The translations under genes and the position numbers were made by a program. Below the pieces are notes generated by a model. It was not told the origin of the DNA. It was given only the letters and a program-made list of their open reading frames with translations, and did no database searches. DNA of 64,000 bases from Fimbriosthenelais zetlandica (Eukaryota): the NCBI GenBank assembly GCA_977030845.1, contig OZ365110.1:35154001-35218000 (forward strand), read 5' to 3'. Shown piece by piece: positions 12,443 to 24,484 of this stretch (the stretch's first letter is position 1; each line of letters starts with the position of its first letter).

Positions 12443-15400
12443 TTCCGACCAATCAATACGGTAAAGATGAGCCTAGCCCGATCTCGAGCAGTTGGATCCT
12501 CCACCCACTCGGTGGTGTCAGGTGGCATATTATGGTAGGCGTATGCATGCAGTCCCCACCCCCCGCCCAACCTCCAACCTCCGCCTCCCTTGCTCTGGAG
12601 TAGAGTAGATGGGTGGTATGTGGGCCCTATACCTATATGTTAGACCTACTATAATGTAGTGACTTCAGTCAATTCACTAAGCCATGAATTGAAGCAATAT
12701 CATGAGTAAATCTTCATTCATAGATTCTCAATTTTCTTAATTTACAGATCGTCTGAACATTGTGTCTTGTATATATGTGCTCTTGTGAAATTGTTCTTCT
12801 GTAGTTCAGCTCTAGTTCATATTGTAAGTAAATTAATAATATTAAACATTTTCAATATTATTACTTCATGCAGAATTTCAGGGTTACTTTTGAGCCCAGA
12901 CGTAAGTATCGCAACCTGAACATCTCACCTAGACTTATACAAGTCTTTGATTCTTTTTGTTGGTGTTACAACTAACCAATAATGAGATCTTTCCCATCAA
13001 GAAGTGAGAATAATTGTCACAAGCGATCTTTCAGCCTGTTGCTTTATCGTATTAGTGAAACCTAGGCATAAGTTGCAGCAATGTGGAGCCAGTTCAATGT
13101 GGAGTTCAGATGTTAAACAGAGGGAGAGAGAGGTGGTTAAGATAGCAGAACCAGGTCAGAGATCGCCCAGTTCTACCGACCGACGGATTGTTATGACTAG
13201 AAATATAGGGACAGCAATAACAGTGATTTCTCGCTCCAACCAACCACCTAAAGTCACCATGCTACTAATCTAATACGACCCATTGTCTATGTATACAGAC
13301 AGAAGCATGTGGTGTTCGAAATAGTTTTCGATCCTTTTAATATTCTTTAAATATTCATTTTTTTTGTTATTCAGGAAGTATTTGAGCAGCTCTATATTGA
13401 ACTGGGTCACAGTAAATGCCAGGGAAGATGTATGTATTTTTTCTCCTCAGCTTTTCATGGGCGTGAATGAAAGGTCTCTTGCAAATAGTGGAAATGACTT
13501 CAATATAATATATAAAACTTGTGAAGCTGGTGCACAAGCCACAAAATGTGTTTAAAAGATTTCTAAGTGCAAAACAGGGTATATCGCATGGTATGATTTA
13601 TTTGACCAATGACCAATGTAATCATGTTTACTGCAAAATTGCAATAAATCAATTATTATTTTTGTTTGATTAAGGTCTATAAATTCTCAGTAACAGCCAG
13701 GGTCATATAGCGAAGCAGAGGAAACACGCTGTTATCTCTCTGCCCTGCTCTTCTAAAGTGGAATATTAGTATAATGTTTACATCAAAGTAACATAGTGCG
13801 ATTTATTCTAAATGATAGTGCAATTTATTCAAAATCAACCTAATTGCCCAAGACAATATTGGTAATTAGTCTTCATTTACATGGGCTGTGCATCAGTAAT
13901 AAATAATATGGGAAGACATAATATAAACTATATTAATGGTCATATATCATGGTGAGTGTTTTGGCCTGGCGGAAGAATGACCCACGTCATATATATGTGG
14001 CCTGCGGCTCTCTGTTGACCCACTCTGCCCGACTAAAATATAGACATGCCAGACATTCAAAGTGACCACTATTGAAAAAGGCTAGCCAGGTCTTGTCATT
14101 TCTGCCTTTTACTTTTCTTTTTATCTTGGCATGGATCCACAGTAATGAAATGATGAACAAGCTGCACTTTAAATGGTCATGAGTACTACTGGATTTTTCT
14201 GCAGTTTTTTTCTTGTTTTTGTTTTTCTATCTGGTTTAATATTTTAATTTTCTGTTTCTTAGGCAAATATTATCAAGGTACATCAGAACTTATAGATTTA
14301 ATACAACACAAACACCTAAACACTTGATCATTGGGGACTCCCAGAAAGGGTTGCTGTTCCTACCAAGGGGGCTAATTATATGTGTAATTTACTTCACAAA
14401 TGGGTAAATCAAGCATTAAAAAGAACAGAATAAGGTCGACATGAATTAAATCACAGACTAATCTACTGTGTAGTATACTGTGGGAAATGGTTTAAATCGG
14501 ATAGAGAAAGGTCTAAGACTTTGCTGCCACCGTGTGGCATGAAAATAAAGTGTTTTGGTAGTTAGCGCTACACATACACTAGATCATGTACATGTAGCAT
14601 AATTAAACGTGTTATATTTTCCTATCCCTGTTATATATATGTTTAAAAGGTTGGTTTTATGTATTGAAGAAATTGTATTAGTGTCCAGTTTAGAAATTTA
14701 AATCCCTTATTGTATGAACACTTTGTGTCGCAAATGTAAATAATCACTCAAATGGACCATCCATATTTCGCAGAAATCGCAACAAACACCGTAAAAGAAA
14801 ACCGATGAAAAACGGTCGATAACCAATGAATTTTCAAGCCTACCTAGTTTATACATAGGTTTATTATAAATATATCAAATGTCCGAATAAATGAATGAAT
14901 GTAAACAATTTTGTGAAACATAATTTTTCTGTTCTATACATCTGTAGCAAGTGTTGGGAATTCAGATACTTTCATACTGATTTACAGTTCAGGAATGACT
15001 CTGTACATCTTCAAGACAAATTCAACATAGCCCTAAAATAATCTAAACAACCAAAATCCCCACTCTGATCGAGTCAAAATTTTCATTTTCAGGTATTTTG
15101 TAACGTCGGGACCCCACTTCGCCAGATTTTGTTACCATCTTAGTGCCGATAATAATCACCTAAAGTCCGCAGATCTTTCTAAGAGACATCAAGCAAATGT
15201 CAGATTATAAAAGGAGCCACATATTATGGTCCTTTGTTGCATTCTACATTAGCCTTGGGACTTGGCTAATGGCCAGGGATGTCTCGCTACCACAGGGAAA
15301 ACCCTCCATAAGTCCCTCTCTTTAAAACACATTTAAATACAATATTCCCGACTGTGATTGCTATGGGAAATTAAATGATGATAATATATTTTCTCATGGT

Positions 15401-16043
15401 TTAGGATTGAGGAAGTATTAATATTTGAAAATATGTTTCTGAAGCTGTACAATTTAGCGATTGGAAGTCTTCAAAGGCTATAATGTAAAAAAGTGGTAAT
15501 AAATTATTACTCTTTGCTCAAAAACTACAGGTTAATTATGACCAAAGAACTCTATAGAACATGTGTTACAACCATAATAATTATGAACAAGATCAATTTA
15601 GAGCAATACAATACCACAATGAAACTAAAATGTAATAGATTAGTATTCTTTATCTATTGTTTAACGTCGGACAAAAACACCAAAAAGTGACCATTTTTCA
15701 AAGAGGAGGGGCTAAAAATATTTTTTTTACACAACATATTTCCGATATGTCTGTATTCCCATTCTCCCGAAATTGAAAAGTGACACTGATCCAAAAACAA
15801 AGGTATTAAACTTCAGGAAATTTCCTGGAATTTGAGAAATCAGGCGTTTTGCCTGAACAATTGCACTAGGGTTATACATTGTATAACAATACTGGAATGA
15901 TGAGGCGATGACGTCATGTTATAAAATGCTGCTTGGAAGCTTTTCTCGGAGACGTAGGTGAAAATACATCAATGCAGAGCAAGAACAAGAGAGCACAAGA
16001 TCCAGACGGTTGAACAACTCTATAAATACATCCATACGACTCC

Positions 16044-16084
16044 TTACATACTCCCGCCAGCCCCGAATAATTTGGCTGTGAATT
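16044..16084 (-). CDS. EF-hand gene terminal coding exon
   Basis: tctacttacag|AATTCACA...ATGTAA; (E)[12 protein letters not shown]. Confidence 0.88.
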
Positions 16085-19000
16085 CTGTAAGTAGAATAAT
16101 TAAAATTGTAAAGGTAAAATTAAGAAACAACGGAAATTCAAAAACTTCGTATAGGGAAAGAGTATTTGGAGCCACATTTTTCAAATGCATAACTCGGCTG
16201 CATTGGTAATCTTTGCAAATAAAATAGGCCCTTTTAGTTCTATTTCTGTAACGGCAAAAAGTATTACCTTTCATTTGCAAATTCATTGAACATTGCCAAC
16301 ACAACAACACAATGCAAAGCAAGGTTCTTATAACCTTTAGAAAAAAGGTCCATGACTGGGGAAAAACCTTTGTTGTTTCAAAACAATAAGTTGCTACCTT
16401 AGCTACTAAGGTACACTTTTGTTACTAGAAAGGAATGGATTCGAACAGACGACCTTTGAATCACTATACTTACCATCTATAGATATGACTTCGCCGTCAC
16501 AGTGTTGGAGGAACTCGTTCATCTCATGATCGACTAACTTCTCCCCGAGATTGCTTAAAACGTGTCGTAATTCAGGCACACTAAGACTGCCTGAACTATC
16601 CCTGTCAAATACCTGAAAAAATACAGTTTATAGGCTTATATTGGGCATATTTCATATTTCACTGAATTTACCTAATAAAGTTTAGGCCTATATATTTGGT
16701 TATTTCAGGCACTCCCGTCTCTTTCTTTTTTGGATTTTCAAACATTTTTACATAAATTAATACCTTGAGCGCTTCGTTGAAGTCTTCTTCTGTTTTCTGT
16801 GGTAGACTGAAAGCCTTTTCTACGCATCCCTCGAGTTCTGATGCACCAAATGTACTTCGGCTTCCTGTATAATTTAATGGTCACTCTATTACTGTACAAA
16901 TACAAGTACAAATCAAATATTCAATTAATATAATTATTATGAGTAAATTGAACCTCAATAGACAAACCATGGAGTTCAGTCAGTATTGATTTTAAGACCA
17001 AAATTGATTTTAGGACCAAATTTTAAAGTATTTCCTTCAGCAGAAGTTAATAATTATCCCCCACCTGATTATACAATGAGAGGTATTCATACCTAGAACG
17101 CTGTGAGCTATTTCATCCACCTCACGGTTGGTGGGCTTACACCGAAGACTTCTCAGACACATACCCAGGTCTGAGCGGGGGATTTTACCCTCCCCTCCCT
17201 TATCAAAGAGCATGAAACATTCTGAAAGAAACGAGAGAAAAAGTTATTGAGATCATCGTAAAGTAAAATTTTAAAAATGAATGTTATAAAGTTCAGAAAT
17301 CCATTACTGAAAGTATTATATCTACTATGTGATGTAGGAAAGTAATTTGAATATCATTCGCTAATTTTCCAACGAAAGATTTTATCTACCGGTACTTTAA
17401 ATATGTCAAGACATATTACTGAACATCTACGACTTACTTTATAAATTCTTTTAAGGAAGATGAAACAGTTTAATAGCTTTCTTTCTTACCTCTGATTTGG
17501 TGCTTTGAAGGAGCCGATTCCTGGAAGAAAAGAAGAAATATTGATTTTTTAAATTATTTTCCGTGGGAATTTTCGGTAAATATCACACAGGGTTTATTGG
17601 TGGCCAACTATGAAACATGCCAACCAAGAACTGTTCAAATACATGATATTTCTGACCTAAAAATCCTGACTTTGATAAATTGGACGAAACAGGGCATAAA
17701 ATACGCTACTATAGCCTATACATAATTATACAAAAGTTGAGATTCCTGACCTAAAAGTACATGGGAGATGAAAACTTAGAAGCAATATCCCATAAAAAGT
17801 ATTTACACTGAACAGTTGAACCCTAACATTTCTGAGGTCATCCTCTTAAAAATGAATTCATTGGTATGGCCATAAAAAATGTCAATGGTAACATTTCTCG
17901 TGATCCTTTCTGTTATTCCTTTAGGCTTCTAGCAATTCTGAGGTGACCTCGTATGGATTCATTGGTATGGACATGAAGAATTTAAAAAGAAATATCAATA
18001 GCAAATTCTAGTTATCCTTTCATCCATACTTCATGTATTGCATGTAGACGACAGTGTGTGTTCTATTTGACCTCTGACCCCGTTATTTTTTTACCTTTGA
18101 CCTGAGTGGATCATCAAAGGCTCGGGGAGAATGCTAAGCCAGTGTCTCATTCATGGCTCTTGCATGACCAGGCGTGCCACGTACACTTCCAAAAATTCAC
18201 CACACATTACCAAAGTAAAGCCTGTTTTTTTTTTAACAATGTACGCCTGACATTGATATACCATATTTGCTGTAGTATTGCAGCCTGTGGTTAATAAAAC
18301 GCAAAATGATGAGTACCAACACAACTGAGACATACTCACAAAATTGACCAAGCATCGATGCGACTAGAATCAGTTCACTCCAAGGGATGGTCACATTAGT
18401 GAGATACTACTGTATATGTCAAGCATCATTAGATCTCTGCAGTGATCTCACAATGGCAATTTGGATCAATGTGAACAAAGGTTCATACAATGTTTAAGGA
18501 AGAGATACAATAAAACATTCAACAAAGCAGATAAGATAAAATAGTTCAGTATCAATATCAAATCACTTCCTCGTTCAGTGCTATGCCTTGTTCGATATGC
18601 GTTAGTCCATGATCAACGCGATTGATTTAATTTTAATAATGGATGGAAAATATCTTCAGAAAAGCTGTGAGCTTGTGTTCTATTCATTTGCTTTTATGTA
18701 TTCAAGTAGTAAAAACAAATGTCCAAATTGTAGAAAATCCAATATCTTTTAGGTAGAAAAGGGAATTTTCATATACAAATCTAATACTCATTTTTAAAAG
18801 AAGTGAATGTAATGATTTATGCCTACTGATCAATTTTGAAAATAATAAAATAATGAATATCCTAATTACATGTATCTCCGACCCTGATAAAATCTATTCT
18901 CTATTCTAGAATTGAAGTAATATTAAATCTAATCATCAGTAAAAGTAAAGGTGAATCGTGATGGAAAGTGTTTTGGAGGTAATTTTTTCAGGTAACCGTT

Positions 19001-20105
19001 GGAAAGTATGATTCATGACTGGGTGAGGAAATGTAGCTGCTCGAGCGTAAACTTCATGAATGAATGAACAGGCATAGAGAAGAGATGAGGTGAATCGAAC
19101 ACACCCAGCACCACTAGAGGTACCAGATGCCTTCATCATGATCCAACCAGATGCGGGATACTATCATGGATTGATTGACCCAAATACTTCCCACAGGCCT
19201 GTTTACAAACTCTAGCACTGAACTAGTGCTAGGAATCATTAATAGTGCACTAATAATGGTCGTTGTGGTTGCAGCGAAATTAGTTGATTTTTCATAGGGT
19301 TGAGGAAAAAGTTAATGGTTTAATTTCCAATATGCCAGTAATTAATAGTGATAGGGATCGTTTGCAAAATTGAAGCTGCATAGAAATTGTTTTTTTTCAG
19401 TGGTGTGTTCAGTAGGCCTATAGAAGAGCTTAAAATTGGCTTAAAACCATTAGAAAGGTAAACAGAGAGGGAAATTATTCGACTCCCCAAAACCAACCCT
19501 AAAGAAATACAATGGTCAGAAACACGGAAGGAAAAAAATTATCATGAAATCTAGGTGGGTATGCATATTTTGGTTTAAAGTGTCCATGGTATGTGGCCAT
19601 AATCAAGTATACTTCAGATTAAAATTCATGTAATGCTGCCTCAAAATTCATTAGATATTTTTGGAAAATAGTGAGTGGTAGGTGGTCATAGACAAATATT
19701 ATATTGATGATTCACTTTCACATGTGGATTCATATTCGGGTGCATCAAATCAAATTCATATTCAGTATATAATGCATCAAAATGCATTCGATTGGTCAGA
19801 AAAAACAGGTATATGAAAGGTGGGTGGCCAGATACAAGCATAATATTGGTTTCACATCCAGGTGAAAGGTCCAGGTGATGGTAAATGGCAACTGCTGTCA
19901 CCTTATGTATACATAGGCGGGTCCCAAATGGATCAAAAACCACCCAAATACTACAATATACCAGGCCTATTTAACCACTGATTAAATGGCGAACCAGTGA
20001 GGCGATATGCATATGAAGGTGGGATGATATTTGTGAGTTTAAAAATGGAAAGATTGGTTTAAATAGGATAGATTTGAAAGGAATGTGAATGGTTTTACTT
20101 ACCAT
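16044..20105 (-). CDS. Calmodulin-superfamily EF-hand protein, myosin essential-light-chain/CALML-like, 147 aa; join(20103-20105,17490-17520,17093-17221,16764-16864,16474-16612,16044-16084)
   Basis: All five introns are GT-AG with matching phases (0,1,1,0,1). Product: [147 protein letters not shown]. It contains ECFxLFD..GKI, LRSLxxxPTNxEV and VFDRD.SG...[13 protein letters not shown], typical of calmodulin/light-chain proteins. Confidence 0.92.
16474..16612 (-). CDS. EF-hand gene exon 5 (EF3)
   Basis: ttttttcag|GTATTTGAC...GATG|gtaagt; [46 protein letters not shown]. Confidence 0.93.
16764..16864 (-). CDS. EF-hand gene exon 4
   Basis: atacag|GAAGC...CTCAAG|gtatta; [33 protein letters not shown]. 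Confidence 0.9.
17093..17221 (-). CDS. EF-hand gene exon 3 (EF1)
   Basis: tttctttcag|AATGT...CTAG|gtatga; [42 protein letters not shown]. Confidence 0.92.
17490..17520 (-). CDS. EF-hand gene exon 2 (31 nt)
   Basis: tttcttccag|GAATCG...CAGAG|gtaaga; [10 protein letters not shown]. Confidence 0.85.
20103..20105 (-). CDS. EF-hand gene coding exon 1 (ATG only)
   Basis: ACCACCATG|GTAAGT; Kozak-like context, phase-0 donor, TATA ~140 nt upstream. Confidence 0.8.
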
Positions 20106-20230
20106 GGTGGTAGTCTCTAGGGAAGGGACCGGTCTCAGTAGAGGCTTGGTTGGTAGGTTGGTAGGTAGGTATCCTATATGACTATGATTGTCCCAATGGT
20201 AAAGGGAAATATGGTCCTGAAACGAATGAC

Positions 20231-20251
20231 GCGCATGCGGCCTCTATATAA
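20231..20251 (-). promoter_or_regulatory. Putative TATA box and adjacent GCGCATGCG element of the EF-hand gene
   Basis: TTATATAG at 20251-20244 on minus, followed by CGCATGCGC, ~140 nt upstream of the ATG|gt first exon. Confidence 0.5.
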
Positions 20252-20670
20252 GCTAGTCTGCACTGACTGGTCCTGGACAGCCAAGCGGAACGGCGAATGT
20301 CAGGTGTGCTTTAAATAGACTTGCCCCCCGCCCCGTATAAAAAGGTAAACACAGGTACACTATTATCAAAAATTATAAACTGACAAAATAACATTTGTTG
20401 GGAGCAATTATGATATTGATAGCTTATAAATGGGGATTATTTTTTTAATCGGGCTGTGAAGAAATAAGATAATTAAAATTGAAAGTTGTTAGTTTGTTTC
20501 ATTTCAAAAACAAAACAAAATAAAAAGTGGAAATAATTTTGCGTCATTGTGTAGGTCCAGGTAAAGGTGGAAACTTCCCTGTGGTTCTTGGATCCAAATC
20601 TCTTGTAATTGATGGTATCTGAAGGTATTTTTTAAGGATGGCGTCAGGTAGGCCTACTTATTAGTAGGGC

Positions 20671-20785
20671 ATAGTGCACGACTCCCGAGGTGCAGAGTGG
20701 CTATACAGGATTTATTGGCACGAGCCGAAGGCGAGTGCCTATAAATCCTGTATAGGCACTCTGCACCGAGGGAGGAGTGCACTAT
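20671..20785. repeat. 115-bp imperfect palindrome (hairpin/MITE-like)
   Basis: 55-nt arms 20671-20725 and 20731-20785 around a C-GAA-G loop; 8 mismatched positions. Confidence 0.85.
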
Positions 20786-21154
20786 TCCACTTAGTAAATA
20801 CTCCCTAGGGTCACATCTAACTTTCCTGAAAATTCCAAATTCATTGGAATATTCTAACGCCTTGAAATGGTGTTAAAATGTTTTAACACAGTAGTGTGTG
20901 TGTATGCTCTCTGGCTTTTACTGCTGGCTGGAGAGAGAGTGAGGTGGGTTGATTGGATGGTTTAAATTTATAAATAGAGAAAGCCACTGCCGCTTCTCAT
21001 GCCTGGTCAGTTTGCTTCACGCAAATGACAGTATCATGTGTGTGGGGTGTGTGCGTGTGTGTGTGTGTGGTGACTCCCTGCTCTGAAGAACTCTTCCTTG
21101 TACTTATGCACTGTTTAGTCACTACACTGAGTTCTTTGCATACCTCTGTATACA

Positions 21155-21225
21155 GCTCTGTGTGGCCACATTGGTAGAGCATCGGCTTTTCGCGTGAGCG
21201 GCCGGGGTTCAATTCCTTCCCGAAA
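21155..21225 (+). pseudogene. tRNA-derived sequence (SINE head or tRNA pseudogene)
   Basis: A-box-like TGGCCACATTGG (21163-21174) and B box GGTTCAATTCC (21206-21216) at tRNA spacing; acceptor and anticodon stems do not pair. Confidence 0.5.
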
Positions 21226-21248
21226 TTTATTCTTTACACTCCATTACA

Positions 21249-21346
21249 TTCTCTGAGCGTGCAATATAGGTTCTCTGAGCGTGCAATATAGGTTCTCTGA
21301 GCGTGCAATATAGGATATATTCAGGCTCTATAAAGCACGCTCAGAG
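21249..21346. repeat. 22-bp tandem repeat x3 plus one inverted 12-bp copy
   Basis: TTCTCTGAGCGTGCAATATAGG at 21249, 21271 and 21293; GCACGCTCAGAG at 21335-21346 is the reverse complement of its core. Confidence 0.9.
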
Positions 21347-22914
21347 GCAAAGTATTTACTAATGGCAAATAAATAATCTTGGCAGGTGCATTCATGCATT
21401 GTAACTGATAATTATGTAATCCATGTTTGGTCTGGGGAAAAAGAGAGTAAAAAAGGTTTCTCAATGGTGGTCTCATATAAATTCTTAAATAAAATGTGAG
21501 ATTCCTATTAATTTATGATAATAATTGGCCTTCAATTAGAAATTATTCTTTGATCATACCAAATTACCGGTACTGATATTTTATGAACAAGAACCAAAAC
21601 AGATATTTATGTATTTTTGCTAAGTAGGCCTACGATCATTTTAAAATATTTTTTTCATTGGGAAAGGCCTACTCACATGAATTTTAAATATTCTATTTTA
21701 AAAATTTAATCTTGAATACATTGATCATTGGAATCGGCCACATATAATATATTCAATATGTTGAGACCAAAATTGTCTTTTTTCTTTTACTTGAATACAA
21801 TTTTACATATACATGTAGTTGACATACGGTATGCTGATTCTAGTCTTCGGGGATTATATAGGGATTTCCAGATATTCTACAAAATTCCAACCAAAAATAC
21901 CCATTCAATAATTTAGTCATGGGGTAACTTTAGCAATACTAAGCTTACCTGGCGTTTTGCCTGGAATGTTAGTGGTGGGTAGATTCAGGATAAATCATAG
22001 AGTGCGGAAGCAGAGATGGTTATTTGCTACTCGTGACAAATTTTCACCTCGCTTAACGATTATGAATCAACGCGAACTTTGGGCTATATGTGATGTGTTT
22101 TCACAAAATGAGTCTAAGGTGACAAGGTCGCACAGGGTCATTCGGCGCTACAGGCTTGAAAGTTTGTACACAAGCTATTTATTTCTCTTAGCATTTTCGC
22201 ATTAAATGCAATTATGTTTTTACTATTTTTGCGAGTGAAATTGATAAAAGTCCAACTTTGTGTGTGTTGTCCCCTCAAGATTTGTTTCCAGTTGGGACAT
22301 AAAATTGACTGAAATGGGTATTTTCTCTAGTTCCCACCGTCACTATTTTTTTTATTTATATGTTTCACATTTAAATATAATTCCTTTTTTGGAAATATAT
22401 AGAATAAAATACCCTCCGTACATTCATAAACATACCCTCCACACATGTACGCGTCTTTATATCACAAACTGTCAGGACACCTTGTGTGGGACAACGAAAC
22501 TAATAGTAACATATCCCACAACTTTAAGTTTTCTAAGTTTTCTTATTTCTATGATCCTCACAAATTTCAAGATCCCGTGTCAATCACGGTAGACCATTGA
22601 AAGTTTCTTTCTTACTATACCACGTCTGCCAAACTGAATGCAAGAATGCTACATATTTTTTGTGTGTAACGTTAATCAAATTAAGTGCGACGCTGATAAG
22701 TGCTCCTATAATAGTGTGACATTGATGATTTACTCTGATTATGAACACTTTTATGGCTCCTCCACCAGTTTGCAAGGAGCAAGAGATAGCTTGCAACTGA
22801 TGATCGCCAGGGCTTTGCAAATGCTTGCAATAGAACCTTGCGATCCACGATTTGATCAAATAAAATAATTTTTGTTTTATCGCTTTCAACTGGCTGAGGC
22901 AGGAAAGTGACCTC

Positions 22915-23163
22915 TTAAAGGTGAATTCTCTCAGAAGCGTAATGAGTGCCAGGAAGGCCGGCTTCATTTTGAGCCAATTAAGTCACAACGTCAGATTTAA
23001 GTATGCTAAATCATAGGGCGACAGTAGCTAGATTCAAATTTTACGCATGTCATTTTCTGTCTGCAGCTAGCACTGGAAAACTAAGTATGACCGTCCTAAG
23101 ATTTGAGGACGTCTTTAGATCCTATAGTACTCGGTATGGGCCACTTTGAAAGTATCCCTTTAA
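22915..23163. mobile_element. Possible TTAA-flanked non-autonomous DNA element (Kolobok/piggyBac-like)
   Basis: TTAA|AGG...CCT|TTAA termini; TIR similarity beyond 3 bp is weak. Confidence 0.3.
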
Positions 23164-24484
23164 AGCTTGCTACATAGTGGAGCCCTAATACTGGTACCAG
23201 AAAGAAGTAAGATATTAAATTCAGACTCTTGTGATCATATTTTATTCGTGGACTAAATGACTAAATGAGTAATATAGATAAGATGTACAGCTCTGAAATG
23301 AAAACCATCACATGGATCTCTTGCACGGTAGAGATGATCACCACCAAGCCAAAGTTAGGAAACTAAGAAAAAAAACCATCCTCACTATATCAGGCATGAA
23401 CAGAAAGATTTAATCACAGATCCTTACAGAGACTGAAGCGGTCATCGAGCGAAAGACATTAGCAATGCAAGAACACAGCCTCTTTCTTGCAGTAGAACAC
23501 TAAATCCGGAGACATTTTTTTTTGCAGCGGCAAAAACAACATTAACAGTGGTTTACCCTTGGCAAAAACTGCAGTGACAAGTTATTTTATACAAATATTA
23601 ATTAATGAGTTAGGGCATTTACAGCAGTAGCTACTCTAGAAATATGAAACGTTTTGGCACCCTATGGCATCAGTATGATTCCAATATTTCAATATTATAC
23701 GATGCTGGAAAATGTTAGTTTTATCGATATTGGCTGACATGGCCAGAATAGAGTCAAAAAGTTTAGCATGCGAACTTTTGTTATATTATACTGAAGCCCT
23801 GTATGAGATTTACATCCGAGTAATAAATATATATACTGACTTTTTACAAATCTATATACAGCGGCAGTAGCTGATGGTGGGGACTACTTGGATCCATTTC
23901 ATAATGAAATGTTAGTCAAAATGTTTATGAAACAGGGTCACCATCCAGAGAGCGGAGCACACATGTACAACAACATTCATGGCTACATTGTGTTTGTTAC
24001 AAAGAAACCGTTTCAAAATAAGAACGTTAGAATTAGTTCAAGTTTATTCTTCAGTTTATGTATAATAATATTATTATGTCCCTTGGATGAGTTACATTAG
24101 AGTCAGTACTAAACGAATGGTCTCGAAGGCTTCTTCATACAAAGTATGATAAATGTCCCTGCTGCTTCTCCTAGATGTATATATACTTTATAATCTTCTG
24201 CAAAAATGTGCCGTGATGAATAGAACTGAAGAGATCCAAAAATGATATTAATACCATGTGACTCGTGACTGATCTAGTCGTAATTTCATGATGATAATAA
24301 TAATGGTCAATGATACGAAATAGTCTAGTGAATTATCCGTTTCTTGTGGTCTAGTAGTAGTACTTTTAGCCACAAATCGAAAGTGGACCTTGCGTGAGAC
24401 AAGGTCGGGTATATATTATAGTGATTCCTGGGTTAGTGCATTTTTAATAGATCAAGTGTAATCCTTAAGGCTCCTATTTAAAGA

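Noticed and set aside
13374-13555. Two plus-strand acceptor-like sites with short open frames
   Set aside because: The implied intron is only 21 nt, and there are no flanking exons or homology.
21155-21225. Functional tRNA gene
   Set aside because: Acceptor and anticodon stems cannot form; kept only as a tRNA-derived relic.
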